Positions 38,987 to 56,958 of a stretch of 64,000 nucleotides of DNA are shown here, one piece after another. The DNA is taken from assembly GCF_009914755.1 (NCBI RefSeq), contig NC_060943.1, one strand, 5' to 3'. Source of the stretch: the human T2T-CHM13v2.0 reference genome, Homo sapiens. The notes under the pieces are model-generated. The model saw only the letters and a list, made by a program, of their open reading frames with translations, was not told the origin of the DNA and ran no database searches. Every line of letters begins with the position of its first letter. Within the stretch, counting starts at the first letter, position 1. A program made the translations under genes and the position numbers.

Positions 38987-39915
38987 ATGGCTGCTGGGAT
39001 GTGGCCATGGGAACGATCTTCTTATCGCAGACTGTACTTGGAATCCTGGGGATTTCTCTCTTATTTACCATTATCTGTCCTTTTACATCACTGGGTGCAG
39101 GTTAAGGTCCACAGATTTGATGATCAGACACCTAATTGTAGCCAACACCGTATTCCTCCTCCCTAGAGGAGTCCCACAGACAATGGCAGCTTTTGGGTTT
39201 AGGCATTTCCGGAGTGATTCTGGATGTAAATTTCTTTTTTGTGTCCACAGAGTTGTCAGGGGAGTGTCCATTGGCAGCACCTGCCTCCTGAGTGTCTCCC
39301 AGGCCATCACCATCAGCCCCAGGAGCTCAGGTGGGCAGAGCTTAAAGGGAACGCCCCCAAGCACGCTGGCTCCTGTGTGTTCCTCAGCTGGCTCCTCCCT
39401 GGTCAATATCATTGTTCTCATGCACGTGACCGGCAAGTGGAGCAACAAAAATACCACAAAGACAAAAGATCTGGGATACTGTTCTACTGCTGATCACGAG
39501 GACACCAGAGAGTCGCTGACGCGGCACTGCTGTCCTTCCCTGATGTGATCTGCCTGGGGCTCATGCTCTGGGGCAGCAGCTCCATCGTTTGCATCCTGCA
39601 CAGGCACAAGCGGCGGGTCCAGCACATTCATAGGACCAGCGTGTCCCCCACATCCTCCCCTGAGTCCGGAGCTACCAAAACCATCCTCCTGGTGAGCACG
39701 TTTGTGTCCTTTTACACTCTCTCTTCACCTTTCAAGTTTGTTTGGCTCTTTTGAATAATCCCAGTCAGCTGGTGGTGAACATCTCTGCAATGATCAGTGC
39801 AGGTTTCCCAACTGTCAGCCCCTTTCTTCTCATGAGTGGGGACTCCTGTGTATCCAAGCTTTGCTTTGCTTAGATAAGTAACACAAAACCCCCTAATCTT
39901 ATCAGAAATATGTGA
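38987..39915 (+). pseudogene. Vomeronasal type-1 receptor (V1R, VN1R2/VN1R4-like) pseudogene
   Basis: TGCRLRSTDL.I.HLIVAN, GVPQTMAAFG, HRV.RGVSIGSTCLLS..QAITISP, CLGLMLW.SSS.V.ILHRHK.RVQHIH, FPTVSPFLLM; several frameshifts; TAG at 39871. Confidence 0.92.
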
Positions 39916-39984
39916 ATTGGACATGTTTGTACAATGTTTATGTTTCTTCATTGATCTCTAGAGACCCATAAACACGGTTATGAA

Positions 39985-40862
39985 ACGAGGCTTGTTAGTG
40001 CTGTGCTTGCCAGCAGGGGCCACTGTTTTATTCTGTACCTCCTGATCCCCCCTCCAACCACACCGCCCTGGAGCAGCTCTGTGGAAAAAGTGGAATCAGC
40101 TTAGAGGTTTTCGGGAGGAAGACACTGAAACGTAAACGTTATAAGAAAGTGACGGTGCACAAACACACGTGCCTCATCTCTGTGTCCCTCGGAGTAGACG
40201 GGGGGAATGTGCGCAGATGCGAAGTTCTTGCTGTCATTTTCGTGATGAATAGTAAAATATATATTTTCTCAGATCCAGAAATCTCATGCCCTCAGTCAAC
40301 ATCCATAAACTGACAATCTTACTTGTTGGCTTGCAAGTAAGGTTAAAATTTAAAACCTTTTGCAATTTCTGATAGGTTTGGTGATGCTGGGACAGATGTG
40401 ACTTTGTGTAAGAGGAAGGTAGAAAGGTTCTTCACCGGTGTGGTTAGCGGACAGAAAACGGCTTTCTGGAACAAGCAGCAAATTCTCTCACCCAAACTGG
40501 AGTGAAATGAGAGTAAAATTCCTCCACTCTCTAACCCTGGAATGGGGCTGTTGTGTGAGAGGGAGGATTGAAATGAACTGTCCGAATGTGATTTATTTGT
40601 TGCTCATTCTCCTCCTGGCAGGAGCAGGAAAGGACGAAGAGTCCCCGAAGCTGATGCTGAGTTCATGGGGTTGAGCTGACAGCGGCCAACAGGCTGTCAT
40701 AAACTGTAAGCACACGAGGCTTGTTAGTGCTGTGCTTGCCAGGAGGGAGCAGTCTTTTTTTTCTGTACCTTCTGATCCCTCCCTCCACCCACACCGCACT
40801 ACAGCAGGTCTGTGGAAAGAGTGGAATCAGCTTAGAGGTTTTTGGGAGGAAGACACTGAAAC
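39985..40862 (+). repeat. ~147-bp dispersed direct repeat (39985-40131 and 40714-40862)
   Basis: Both start ACGAGGCTTGTTAGTGCTGTGCTTGCCAG and end GGGAGGAAGACACTGAAAC. Confidence 0.88.
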
Positions 40863-40884
40863 TCCGTTTTTTCATTTTGTTGTG

Positions 40885-42130
<1,246 letters not shown>

Positions 42131-43307
42131 CTAGCTTCCTCTGGTCTACTGGCCCTTCGCAGTCCCTTACCCATGCCATTGTATAGTGTATTATACTTAT
42201 TAGTCTGTGATTACACGGAGAAAAAATACAAAACACAAAAACAAGAAACAAACTCAACAGACAGGGTTTAGGCAGGGTTCCCAGTGAGGGCGGAAAGAGG
42301 GTCTTTTGTGCTAATTCAATGTCCTGTTCGGTTTCTGCATCAGAATAGACAGTAGGAATTGATGTGTTGTGTGTTTTTGGGCTTCGTGTCCCTATGTACC
42401 AGAGGAAATTATTCCAGTCTGGGTTGGGTGCAGGTAGGGACGTGTGAGACTAACTCTCCTGCCATTTGCCACCCGTTGGGGGCGAGTCATTAGGATTCCT
42501 ATGAGTGCCTCTAGCCTCTGATGTCCCAAATCCTCACTATGCAGATGATGTTGTGTGTCTCGGCAGGTGAGAGGAGTTGCTCTCAATCTTCCTGTGTGGG
42601 GTGTGATCCCCGCCCTGCCAGCAGAGGTAACTGACAGAACCCAAAGAAATGCAGCCTTCTGTTTTCCGGGGCAGGCTTATTGAAAGTATGTGAGCAGACT
42701 TACATTGCTCAATGATTTCAGTGGTCGACAAAAGTTGTAGATGACAAAATGATTTTGTCATCTGCAGCCTCTGGAAAAGGGAGGCAGCCTCCACCTAGAG
42801 GTGCCTGTGGGGTCCTAGTTGCCCTGACGCAATCCTGACACAATAATAGTCACGCTGATTTTGAACATTATCTGTTACTTTGCTGCTGAGCTCTCGTCAT
42901 CACCAAATCCTGTCCCACAGACAGCTTGGGGCTCCCCACCTTGATATTCCAATTTTGAGATGGGTTAGTCCAAACTCTACAAAACCCCCCGAAAGCCTTG
43001 CTTATGACACAGAAATGGTGTATTCTGGGAGGAAAATGGACCGGCCCAGCAACATCTCAGCTCTAAAGGAAAAATCAAGATCTATCATCGGTGAAAATTT
43101 TATGCCCTTCTCCACGGTCTGAAGCAAAGCTATGGCATTATGGGGTCCCAAATTTACCATGTAACCCCTAAATGCCTGGTCCAGGTTCACTGATGGGTCA
43201 GGGAAGTAGATTCCTCACGGTGGCCACAGCAGAGGCTGTTCGGGCTCAGTGCCAGCCACGTGGAACCTGCAGCAGGGGCGTTTGTTCCGCTCAACGGTCA
43301 GACTTGG

Positions 43308-43532
43308 GGCCAGGTGTGGGGGCTCCAGCCTGTAATTCCAGCCTTTTGGGAGGCTGAGGTAGGCGGATGTCTTCAGGCCAGGAGTTCAAGACCAGCCTGG
43401 CCAACATAGGGAAATGCCATCTGTACTAAAAATACAAAAAATTAGCTGGACGTAGTGGCAGGCACCTGTGATCCCAGCTACTTCGGAGACTGAGGTGGGA
43501 GAATCGCTTGAACATGGAGGTTACAAAAAAAA
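43308..43532 (+). mobile_element. 3'-truncated Alu
   Basis: Alu stops mid right arm, then a short A run. Confidence 0.8.
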
Positions 43533-45351
43533 TCATCAAAACTCAGGGTTTTGGCCACTGCCCACATTCTAGCTGTTTGTTCATCCCCATTCAAACTAGA
43601 GACTGTCTGAGGAAGCATACCCTCTTTGAGGCTGCAAACTGGAAACAATCTCAGCTGCTGATCTAACAGTTGCATCCGTGATTTAGGAGTCCATGGTAAA
43701 GGACTGTTTTCTGAAGCACCTGACCAAAATCAAGCTCTGGACAGAGCCTGAATCTGTCTCATGCAGAGCTTGTCACTGCAGGCCGGGCTTGTGGTTCTTG
43801 GTGAAAGTTGATCTGTTTATCTGGCGGTTGGGGAGGCCCCTGACCATTCCTGGCAGAATGAGTGCATTGGACTTTTGACCCACTTCTGGAGGTTTCAATC
43901 ATGTCACGCCAGCTGACTCCAGCCGCACCACGTGACCCTTGAAACTCATTCATGTCACCTTTTAGACTTTTGGGACCATTTTCACTCTGACATACTGAGT
44001 CTTTAATCACTAAATCTACTAAAAATGGGCCAACTGTCTGATTTTACTTCCTTGTTTCCCCTCTTGATCCATCAATGTTGTTTAGGGAATTTGTTGATTG
44101 AATGTGGCTGTCTCCAGAAGGAGACATCCTTTTGGATGTCTCTTCTTGACGTGATCTCTTCTTGACAGCCTCCAGGAATGATCTCTTCTTGACAGCCTCC
44201 AGGATCAGGATGAAATCACTGGGGGTTATGAATCTATTTCCAAAATATGAGATTTCTCTCTCTGACCATTCCAGGCACAATATGTCATTCTTTCTCTGAA
44301 CAGGCCAGTCTACTTTGCCCACGATGAGTGGCAGCCCAGCTAAAAGCGAGTTATGGGACTCAAAGTTAGTTACAATTAAGTTTTATACAAAAATCTTTAT
44401 CCCTGTTTCACCTTGCTCTTAGGGACAAAATGTCTTGGAGACAGTAGGGGATCATGAGAATAAAGATGAAATTATAGGTACCAGAATGGGACTGACTGAT
44501 TCTGTGGAGGGAGAGGGAGAGTGACAACCTGAAACCTGGAGAGCAGTCAACTTAGGTCCTAGGAGCACTGAAGAATGGAGGGACATTCATCACCTTTTTT
44601 CCCTCATAATCACCTCCGTGAGTCCCAGAAAGAGTCTCCCTGGAAATGATGTTGGGCCAGGACTGTGTTAGTTTCAGTTAAGCCAGATGACAGGGCAGGT
44701 GCTGGGGGTTCCTGTGCGTTTGGTCTCCACGTCACCCAGAAGAATCCTTTGGGACTGTTCCCTCCCTCTGGGATTCTAGTGAGGAGTGTGCCCTTTCGGT
44801 ACCCATCTGCCCTCCTTCCTCTGTGAGCTGCGTCTCCTCCTCCTGTTTTTCTTCCACGTAGAGATGAATGTATGTTTATTCCTATTTGGATAAACCAGAG
44901 AAACAAATCAAGTAATGGAACCCCAGACCCAGCCTCCAACATAGCCTGATTCTTTTCTGTTCCTCTTCCCACTGTACTAATTTCATCATGTCGGTGCAGA
45001 GATACCCTGAGGTGGGGTCTCTCAGAACAGATTGCAACACCATACGTGTAGAGAAGGTGGTTGGAGATGGCAGGAGTCCAATCCTGCCAATCCTGAGAAT
45101 CAAAGCTTGTGTCTGATACTACAAGTGTATACACAGGAAGTAGATGGATCCAGGAAAGATCCTAGAGCCCAGGAAGAGATTATTTAGAGCAGGCAGGATC
45201 CCTGCAGGAGAGCAGAGTAGCAGGACACAGGTTCAGCAGCCACTTCCGAGGTCAGATTCTCACAGCTAAGCCTCTGTGGTAGGGCTGATCTGCAGAGCAA
45301 TGCAGAGCCTGGGAAAGCTCTGATCACATGTGGAAGATGAAACTCTGGGCT

Positions 45352-45705
45352 TCTATTAGTCTGTTTTCCCCTAGCTACAAAGAACTACCTGAGCGGGTAA
45401 TTTATACAGAAAAGAGACTTAACTGAATCACAGTTCCACATGGATGGGGAGGCCTCAGGAAACTTACAGTCATGGCAGAAGGGGAAGCAAGGTATGTCTT
45501 ACCATTGTGAAAAGGAGAGACAGAGAGAGTGAAGAAAAGCACACACTTCTAAGCCATCAGATCTCGTGAGAACGCACTATCAGCAGAACAGCAAGGGGGA
45601 AATCCGCCCCCATGATACAATCACCTGCCACCAGGCCTGCCCCTGGCACGTGGGGATTACAATTAGACATGAGATTTGGGTGGGGACACAGAGTAAACCA
45701 TGTTA
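45352..45705 (-). mobile_element. THE1/MST MaLR solo LTR
   Basis: GAGATTTGGGTGGGGACACAGA, GGGGAGGCCTCAGGAAACTTACA.TCATGGCAGAAGG; TSD GGGCT/GAGCT. Confidence 0.85.
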
Positions 45706-48212
45706 GAGCTCATGGAGAAGTGTCCTATGTGATGGAACATCCTGCTTCTGTGGGCGTGACAGTCTTTGCTCTTTCTTGGCAGAGAAACACTTACAATAGT
45801 CACTTGAGGACCATGTATAGATAGGCTTTCTTTCTTCTGAGTTTCTTGAAAAAGGATTCAGAGGAAACATTTTACCCACTTTCAGTTCGAGTGATGGTGG
45901 GGAGTGACTTCAGTAAAAATGGCAGATTAGGGAACTCGGGGTAGGAGTGGGAGCTGTCCATCCCCAGAAATCTCAGAAGGCCCAGCACAACCTGCCAGAA
46001 TTAACCTGATCGAAACTTGAACTTTTTTTTTTTTTTTTTTGCCATGTAGCTTTATTTTAAATCAGACCTTTATCTTACTATGTGTTGTAAAGAATCGATT
46101 TTGTCACTTTGTAATGTGTCTTATGCACTGCAGTCTATTTCTGAGTTGTGAGCTCCACCCATCTATCAGTCTGCCCATCAACCAACATGTCTTACAAGAC
46201 TAGCTACCCTCATTTCGTTCTTTTTCAGAGTTTTCTTGATTATTCTTATTTGTGTTTTCACCTATGAGATTCTTGCAATAACATCCATAACTCCCAACTG
46301 AATGTATCTATATTTGAACCAAATTAAATTTATAAATTAGCTTATGAGCAATTGATTTTTATAATATTGATTTTTTTTACCCAAGTCCATGCTGTAACTT
46401 CTTATGTGTACATTTGTATATTTCAGAAATTTTCTATTTAATTCTTATATACATTTAACATATTTGTTAAAATTATTCCTAAGTATATTTTATTTTATTG
46501 TTATTTTGTAATTGCATCCCCACCCCAAATCTAACTTGTAAATTATTATCTCATATATATGTAAATACCTGCTGCGTGTAATTTAAGGCCATGTCATGGG
46601 TTCAAACTGATTCCTAACATCAACCATTCAATTTTCCCCATTCACTGGAATGACTACTATTCCATATCCACAACAAGAGCTGTTGGGTTGAGGGAAATCA
46701 GGGTGGAGATGAAGCAAAAGTGAAGAGAAAACATTATCTAACCCACGCATGCAGCAAAACAACCTCCCTATGGATCAATATGTAATTATCTAAAGTATAA
46801 AATACTTAGAAAATATTAATATTTATCTCATACTATACAATATGGAAATTATAAGGAAAAGACAAAAGAATACCCAATTACTTATATATTCCCTACATAA
46901 AAATATATACATTTATATGGTAAAAGATTGCATTATCGCAGTGTAAAATGAAAATAGGAAAACATATAACAATATGTAAAACAAGTGACAATATGTATGT
47001 TAGATTTAATATCCTATAGTAAAACAGGGTAAATTAAAACTATAAAATAGAAGAAAATTTAAATCCAAGTAAATCATATGAGCCAAAAACTAAATAAACT
47101 AAATAAATATAATCAATAAGCATTTAATACATCTTGACTCAGTTTAGATATAAAAGAAAGAAAAATCAAACAATAACATGGTGGTTTTGCCATGATGTCA
47201 TCAAGCGTAAAAAGATAACCTTTCTCAATAGAGATGCGTCTCAGGTTTGTGGGTCTGAGTCCCTCATGGACTGCAGGTGAGAGAGTGAAGAGACACAGCC
47301 TTTTCTCAATTAAAGTAGAAGGATATAAATATATATATTTATTTTTGCTATACTTTATAATATACAAACACATATGGATGATTACACCCTAATATTTGCT
47401 GTGATTCTACAGAAATGCATGACTCTCAGGAGACATCCAAAAGACAGCAAATATCTCACACGAAACTGAATAGTGAACTTCATCCTCAATGAACCACAGA
47501 GTTCACCATTCTGAGTATATCGTTCAAGTTATTTTCCTATTTTCCTTCCGCAGGTTCTAGCATGTATTAACACCGTGTGTCTAAAGTCATCCCTGCTGGT
47601 CATCTGGAGGAATCTGAGAAGGGGCAGGTCTTTCTTCTGACTCTCAGAGCAGCACCCTCTGCTGGACAGGGCTGGGCACCTCATCTCAAGCCCAATCTGA
47701 TCCACCAACAGGGTCTGTTATCTCCGGTCCGGGGAAGAGGTGGGCCTCTCTCCATCCTGGGAGGAGCGCTGAGCTTCTCCTTCATCCAGGGATGGGCCCC
47801 AGGGACGCGCCAGTGGGACTGGGAGAAGCCACCCTCAGCAGGGAAGACAGAGATGCCTGCGTGGCCGAGGCCTGGAAGGTCTGCACCATGGTGCACAGAG
47901 GCCCCGGAGCTGGGTGAGGCCAGAAAGCTGCTCTGGGGTCAGCGGGGAATGTGCCTGCTGAATCTGCAAGCACCTGAGCTACGTCTTCACAAATGGCCTC
48001 AGACCTAGAGTGCAGGGAGATCCCCTGGCTTTTCTGAAGTGGTGGCAGGTGGTCTCCTGGGTAGCAGGATCTGGGCTGCTTACTTCCCTTACCCAGTGAG
48101 GGCCCGCGGGGAGCTCTTAAGTTGGGCATCATGGGTCTGCGTGATGTGGCTGCTGTGCCCACATCAGAGGGTTTTTGTTTCTTTTCCAAAGTCAAGCTGC
48201 ACTAATCTAGAC

Positions 48213-48544
48213 CAGGGATCCCCACCCCTGGGCTGCGGACCGGTCCCCATGGGTGGCCTGTTAGGAACTGGACCGCACATCAGGAGGTGAGCAGTGGGTG
48301 AGGGCGCATGACCACCTGAGCTCTGCCTCCTGTGAGATCAGCAGCGCCACTGCATCTCAGAGGAGTGCCAACCCTACTGTGAACTGTGCATGCGAAGGAT
48401 CTGGGTTGCATGCTCTTTATGAGATCAAACTAATGCCTGATGATCTCAGGTGGAACAGTTTAATCCTGAAACCATCCCCCCGTCTGTGGAAAAACTGCCT
48501 TCCACCAAACCAGTCCCTGGTGCCAAAAACGCTGGGAACCGCTA
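48213..48544 (+). mobile_element. MER1B hAT-Charlie MITE
   Basis: CAGGG.TCCC...GGGAACCGCT termini; perfect 8-bp TSD ATCTAGAC. Confidence 0.88.
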
Positions 48545-48839
48545 ATCTAGACAGTTCTCTGCTAAGGAAGCACATGGTTGAGAAGCATCAGAATCGTTCC
48601 CACGGACCATGCTCCGGAGTCTCAGCAGGCTCCTGCAGGTGAGCCCCACTGGCCTCTCCTCTTCCTTCTGGACCTCCTCAGCTTTGGTAATGGAAAGCTG
48701 CATCCTCTTCTGTCCCCAGTTCCTCTCTGGGTGTCAGGATCTCTAAAACCCTCTCAGCCGCTGAGAAATCTGTCTGTCTGTCTCACAGTGTGTTTATCCG
48801 TGCATCATGAAGGACCCTCATACGGCTGACGTGCCTTGG

Positions 48840-52056
<3,217 letters not shown>

Positions 52057-52822
52057 GTATTAATTGCCTATGGTTTTAAAAAATGCAAGTAGTTTCTGAA
52101 GGATAAACTGAAGACTCTTAAACAGAGCACTTCTGTTTTCTGAGTCAACCTTTCTTGTTCAGAGAATGAAAAGATCCAGGATGCCTCACCTAACACCCAG
52201 GAGGGTCCCTGACTTCCTGATTCTAGGCCCTAAACCTATGTCCAAGAGAAAAGTTACATCTGTAGTCCAGAGCTTTTTAAATATAGTTATCCAGGCCCCT
52301 AAACAGCACAAGAAAATGGAAGCTAACTCCTTACAACTTGTGAAAGAGACAAAGTAGCTGCTGCTTTTTTGTTGCTTATTTTGGATTAATTAAAGTGACA
52401 TCTTTTTTATTCTACTTTCTTATTTAAAAATTAAAAAACAGGTTGTGTTGACTTACACACTTCTCCATAAAAATACAATATATTGATTCAATATGAAATG
52501 TCTACTTTAGTGCCAGATAAATTGAGAATTTGTATACCAAATTTTAACAAATTTGATGTTCTCAAAAGAAACAGCATTATTCACTTTGTTTCAGATGAGA
52601 CTGGGCTTATGTTCACAAGTACACACTCACAGAGATCTAATTCCACAGGCACACGTGGTAGAGTAGGCTAAGATCATCATGGACAGTAATGACTTGCAAT
52701 GCCATTTGACAAATCCCCCAACAGAGCTCTGTAAAACCACTAGAAAACGCGCACAACAGCACAACCATCAAAATGAAAACACCTGATGTACAGAGTTGTA
52801 TAGTAGTTGTATAGTTAGTAGT

Positions 52823-54693
52823 TGTATGGAGCACCCTTGACATAAGTAACTCCATCTTAGAAAAAGACTCCATCTTACATTTCATGGGGCACTTTGCCAA
52901 CAGGGACAAGATGTTTTGCTTAGTAAATAAATAATAAGGACTGCATCCAAGCAGATAAGGACATAAACAAGCACATTCTTCCACTATCAGTCCTCCCCAC
53001 AGGACTCTGGCCATAAAAGAAGCTGGGCTTCAGCAGCTCAAAACGGCCATCTTAACTGCCAACCATCCTGCTGTCATTTGTGATAAGCACTTGACATCTG
53101 CTGCCAAAGTTTCTACCCACATCAAAGATTCTTCTTTGCAAGATCAACAGACAACTCAGCCCAGACCAGGAGACTGTTTATGTCTTCATTACTCTCCCCA
53201 CGCAGGTTCAAGTCTGCTGAGATTTGGTTTATCTCTGATTTATTAGGGAGAATTGGCTCACACGATCACAAGGCAAAGTCCCATGATAACCCATCTGCAA
53301 GCTGAGGAAGAAAGAAGCCAGTAGTGGCTCAGTCCAAGTCCAGAAGCCTCAGAAGCAAGGAAGCCAACAGTGCAGCCTTCAGCCTGTGGCCAAAGGCCCG
53401 AGAGCCCCCAGCAAACCACCAGTGGTCCAGAGATAACCAGGTCCACACACGTTTGTATCTTTCCACAGTGTCAGGCTTTGATTGATGCTATTTCAATCAC
53501 AAAAGCCATGAGCCGCCTGGAGTTCCCAAAGAGGCTTGTGATGGTTAATATTAAGTGTCAACTTGATTGGATTGAAGGAAGCCTAGGCAGCTGGTAAAGG
53601 ATTGTTTCTGGGTGTATCTGTGAGGGTGTTGCCAGAGGAGACTGATGTTTGAGTCAGTGGATGGAGAGAGGAAGACCCACCCTCGATGTAGGTGGACACC
53701 ATGCAATTGGCTGCCAGCTCAGGTAGAACACAGAAGGCAGAAGAAGGTGGGATACCTTTGCTTGCTGAGTCTTCTGGCTTTCATCTTTCTCCCGTGCTGG
53801 ATGCTTCCTTCTGCTTCTCCTGCCCTTGGACATCAGATTCCAGGTTCTTTGGTCTTTGGACTCTTAGACTTACACTGGTGGTTTGCCGGGGGCCCTGTGG
53901 CCTCTGGCCACAGGCTGACGACTGCACAGTTGGCTTCCTTGCTTCTGAGGCTTTTGGACTTGAACTGAGCCACTACTGGCTTCTTTTTTCCTCAGCTTGC
54001 AGATGGCCTATCATGGGACTGGGCCTTGTGATCGTCTAAGCCAATTCTCCCTAATAAACTTCCTTTCCTATAGACATATATCCTATTAGTTCTGTCTCTC
54101 TGGAGAACCCTGACTAATACAAGGCAATTCTCTTTGGTACTGCCCCTTCACTTGGTAGTCAGAGCCATAGACACGCAGGCTCAAGCCACTTCACAAGTCA
54201 GTCAATATTGCAAACCATACATAGTAGTGTACTTAATCAATATATATAAATGTTATAGATTAAACATTTCACAATAAACAAAGTAATGTTTAACATCAAG
54301 AGAAAAGAGATAGGAGAAAAGGGTTAACAAGTCAGTCCAAGGAGAGTAACAAAACCCTTGGTCAGGGCTGGGCAGGCCCATTGGTCTTGCAAGAAGTCTT
54401 TGAGGCTTCAGCAGCAGATGCCAAGTGCTCATCACAAATGACAGCAGGACGGTTGCAGTTAAGATGGTTATTTCAAGCCACTGAAGCCTTGCTCCTTTTA
54501 TGGCCACAGAGTCCTCTGGGGAGGACAGATGGTGGAAGAATGTGCTTGTTTATATCCTTATCTGGTTGGATGCAGTCTTTATTATTTATTTATTAAGCAA
54601 AACATCTTGTCCCTGTTGGCAAAGTGCCCTGTGGAATGCAAGATGGAGTCTTTTTCTAAGATGGAGTTACTTATGTCAAGGGTACTCTATACA
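52823..54693. mobile_element. ERV LTR (MER72/MER73-like, family uncertain) with MLT2 insertion and inverted partial duplicate
   Basis: TGTAT..AG.ACCCTTGACATAAGTAACTCCATCTTAGAAAAAGAC at both ends in opposite orientation; flanking GTAGT direct repeats. Confidence 0.75.
53537..54121 (+). mobile_element. MLT2 (ERVL) solo LTR
   Basis: TGTGATGGTTAATATT.AGTGTCAACTTGA...GAGAACCCTGACTAATACA; TSD AGGCT/AGGCA. Confidence 0.88.
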
Positions 54694-54896
54694 GTAGTCT
54701 TACCCACACGTTCATAGAAACATACAATCTCATCCATGTCATAATGAAGGCCAAAAACCTCACAGGCGCCCTCCCTTACCTGAGCTCCAGGAGGCTCCCT
54801 GATGAGTCCACACAATCACAAATCCAGTCACACCCACCAATGATTCTCTCCCAACAACAGCATATATTTTTTAGGGCAAAGCATCTCACACCCCAG

Positions 54897-55237
54897 TGTT
54901 TGTCTAAATTGCACCATTTCGGAAGCCCCCTGCTCTTTTGCAGACCTTGGTCAAAGTGAAACATTTCACAGGGGTTCAGGCAGTGAGAAATATCCTGCCT
55001 AACCACCTGACCACAAGGCGAACAAAGACCCAATTAAAGAAACATTCTCATCATGTCCTACTGGGCAAAGGCCCAACTACAAAAACCATCCCTATCATAT
55101 CTTTCTTGGCAAAGGTCCAAGGAACATCCTGATGAGATCCCACCGGAAAAAGGGCCAAACCGCCTGATCATAAGAACATCTTGTCAATATCCTGCCGGGC
55201 AGCAAGCCATACAGCCCAGGCCTCTCCCGCCCATACC
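54897..55237 (+). mobile_element. LTR9-like (HUERS-P3) U3 fragment
   Basis: TTGCACCATTT...GCAGACCTTGGTCAAAGTGAAACATT...CCTAACCACCTGACCACAAGG; truncated before the TATA region. Confidence 0.55.
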
Positions 55238-55499
55238 AAGGTAACACTCACAGAGACATCTGAAGAGCCAGGCAGTGCTCCCAAGTCTGGGACAGCATCA
55301 GAGAACGAAACGCAAAGTCCTGCCCTTACAGAGAGAGCCTTGGCACAGACCCAGTCAGGACCAGGTCACTCCCGTGGAACCTACTCAAGGTCCCTACACA
55401 CATGCCTGGAGCTCCCCAATCTACTGGGGGGTGGGGGAAAGGGCAGTGCTGAAACGTCCCCAAAATCTCACATGTAAACACCCTACCTAACACTTTCTA

Positions 55500-56640
<1,141 letters not shown>

Positions 56641-56916
56641 CGGGTGGCCGGCTGAGGGGCGTGCTTCATGCTCGCGGGATTTTTAAAAATGGTTTCTCCT
56701 GGATCTTATCCCAACTGCGCCTGAGACCTTGTTTCACCTCCTGATGTGCTGGGTGTGGTTAGGCCTCGAGCCGGGAGCTATTTGCCTCCCAGGAGGAAGC
56801 CAGGGCAGGGTTCCGCGGGGAATGGCGGTGAGGGAGCCACTCGGGACGCGGAGGCCCTAAAATGAAGAAGCTTCGGCCTGAGGCTTCGGGAGCGGCGAGC
56901 AGGGAAGTGGGAGTGT

Positions 56917-56958
<42 letters not shown>

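Noticed and set aside
38820-39548. 242-aa ORF as an intact receptor
   Set aside because: Starts in an Alu; only part is in the V1R frame, which has several frameshifts
45040-45134. FDSQDWQDWTPA resembling a KRAB-A box
   Set aside because: Lacks [13 protein letters not shown] and the 127-nt exon structure
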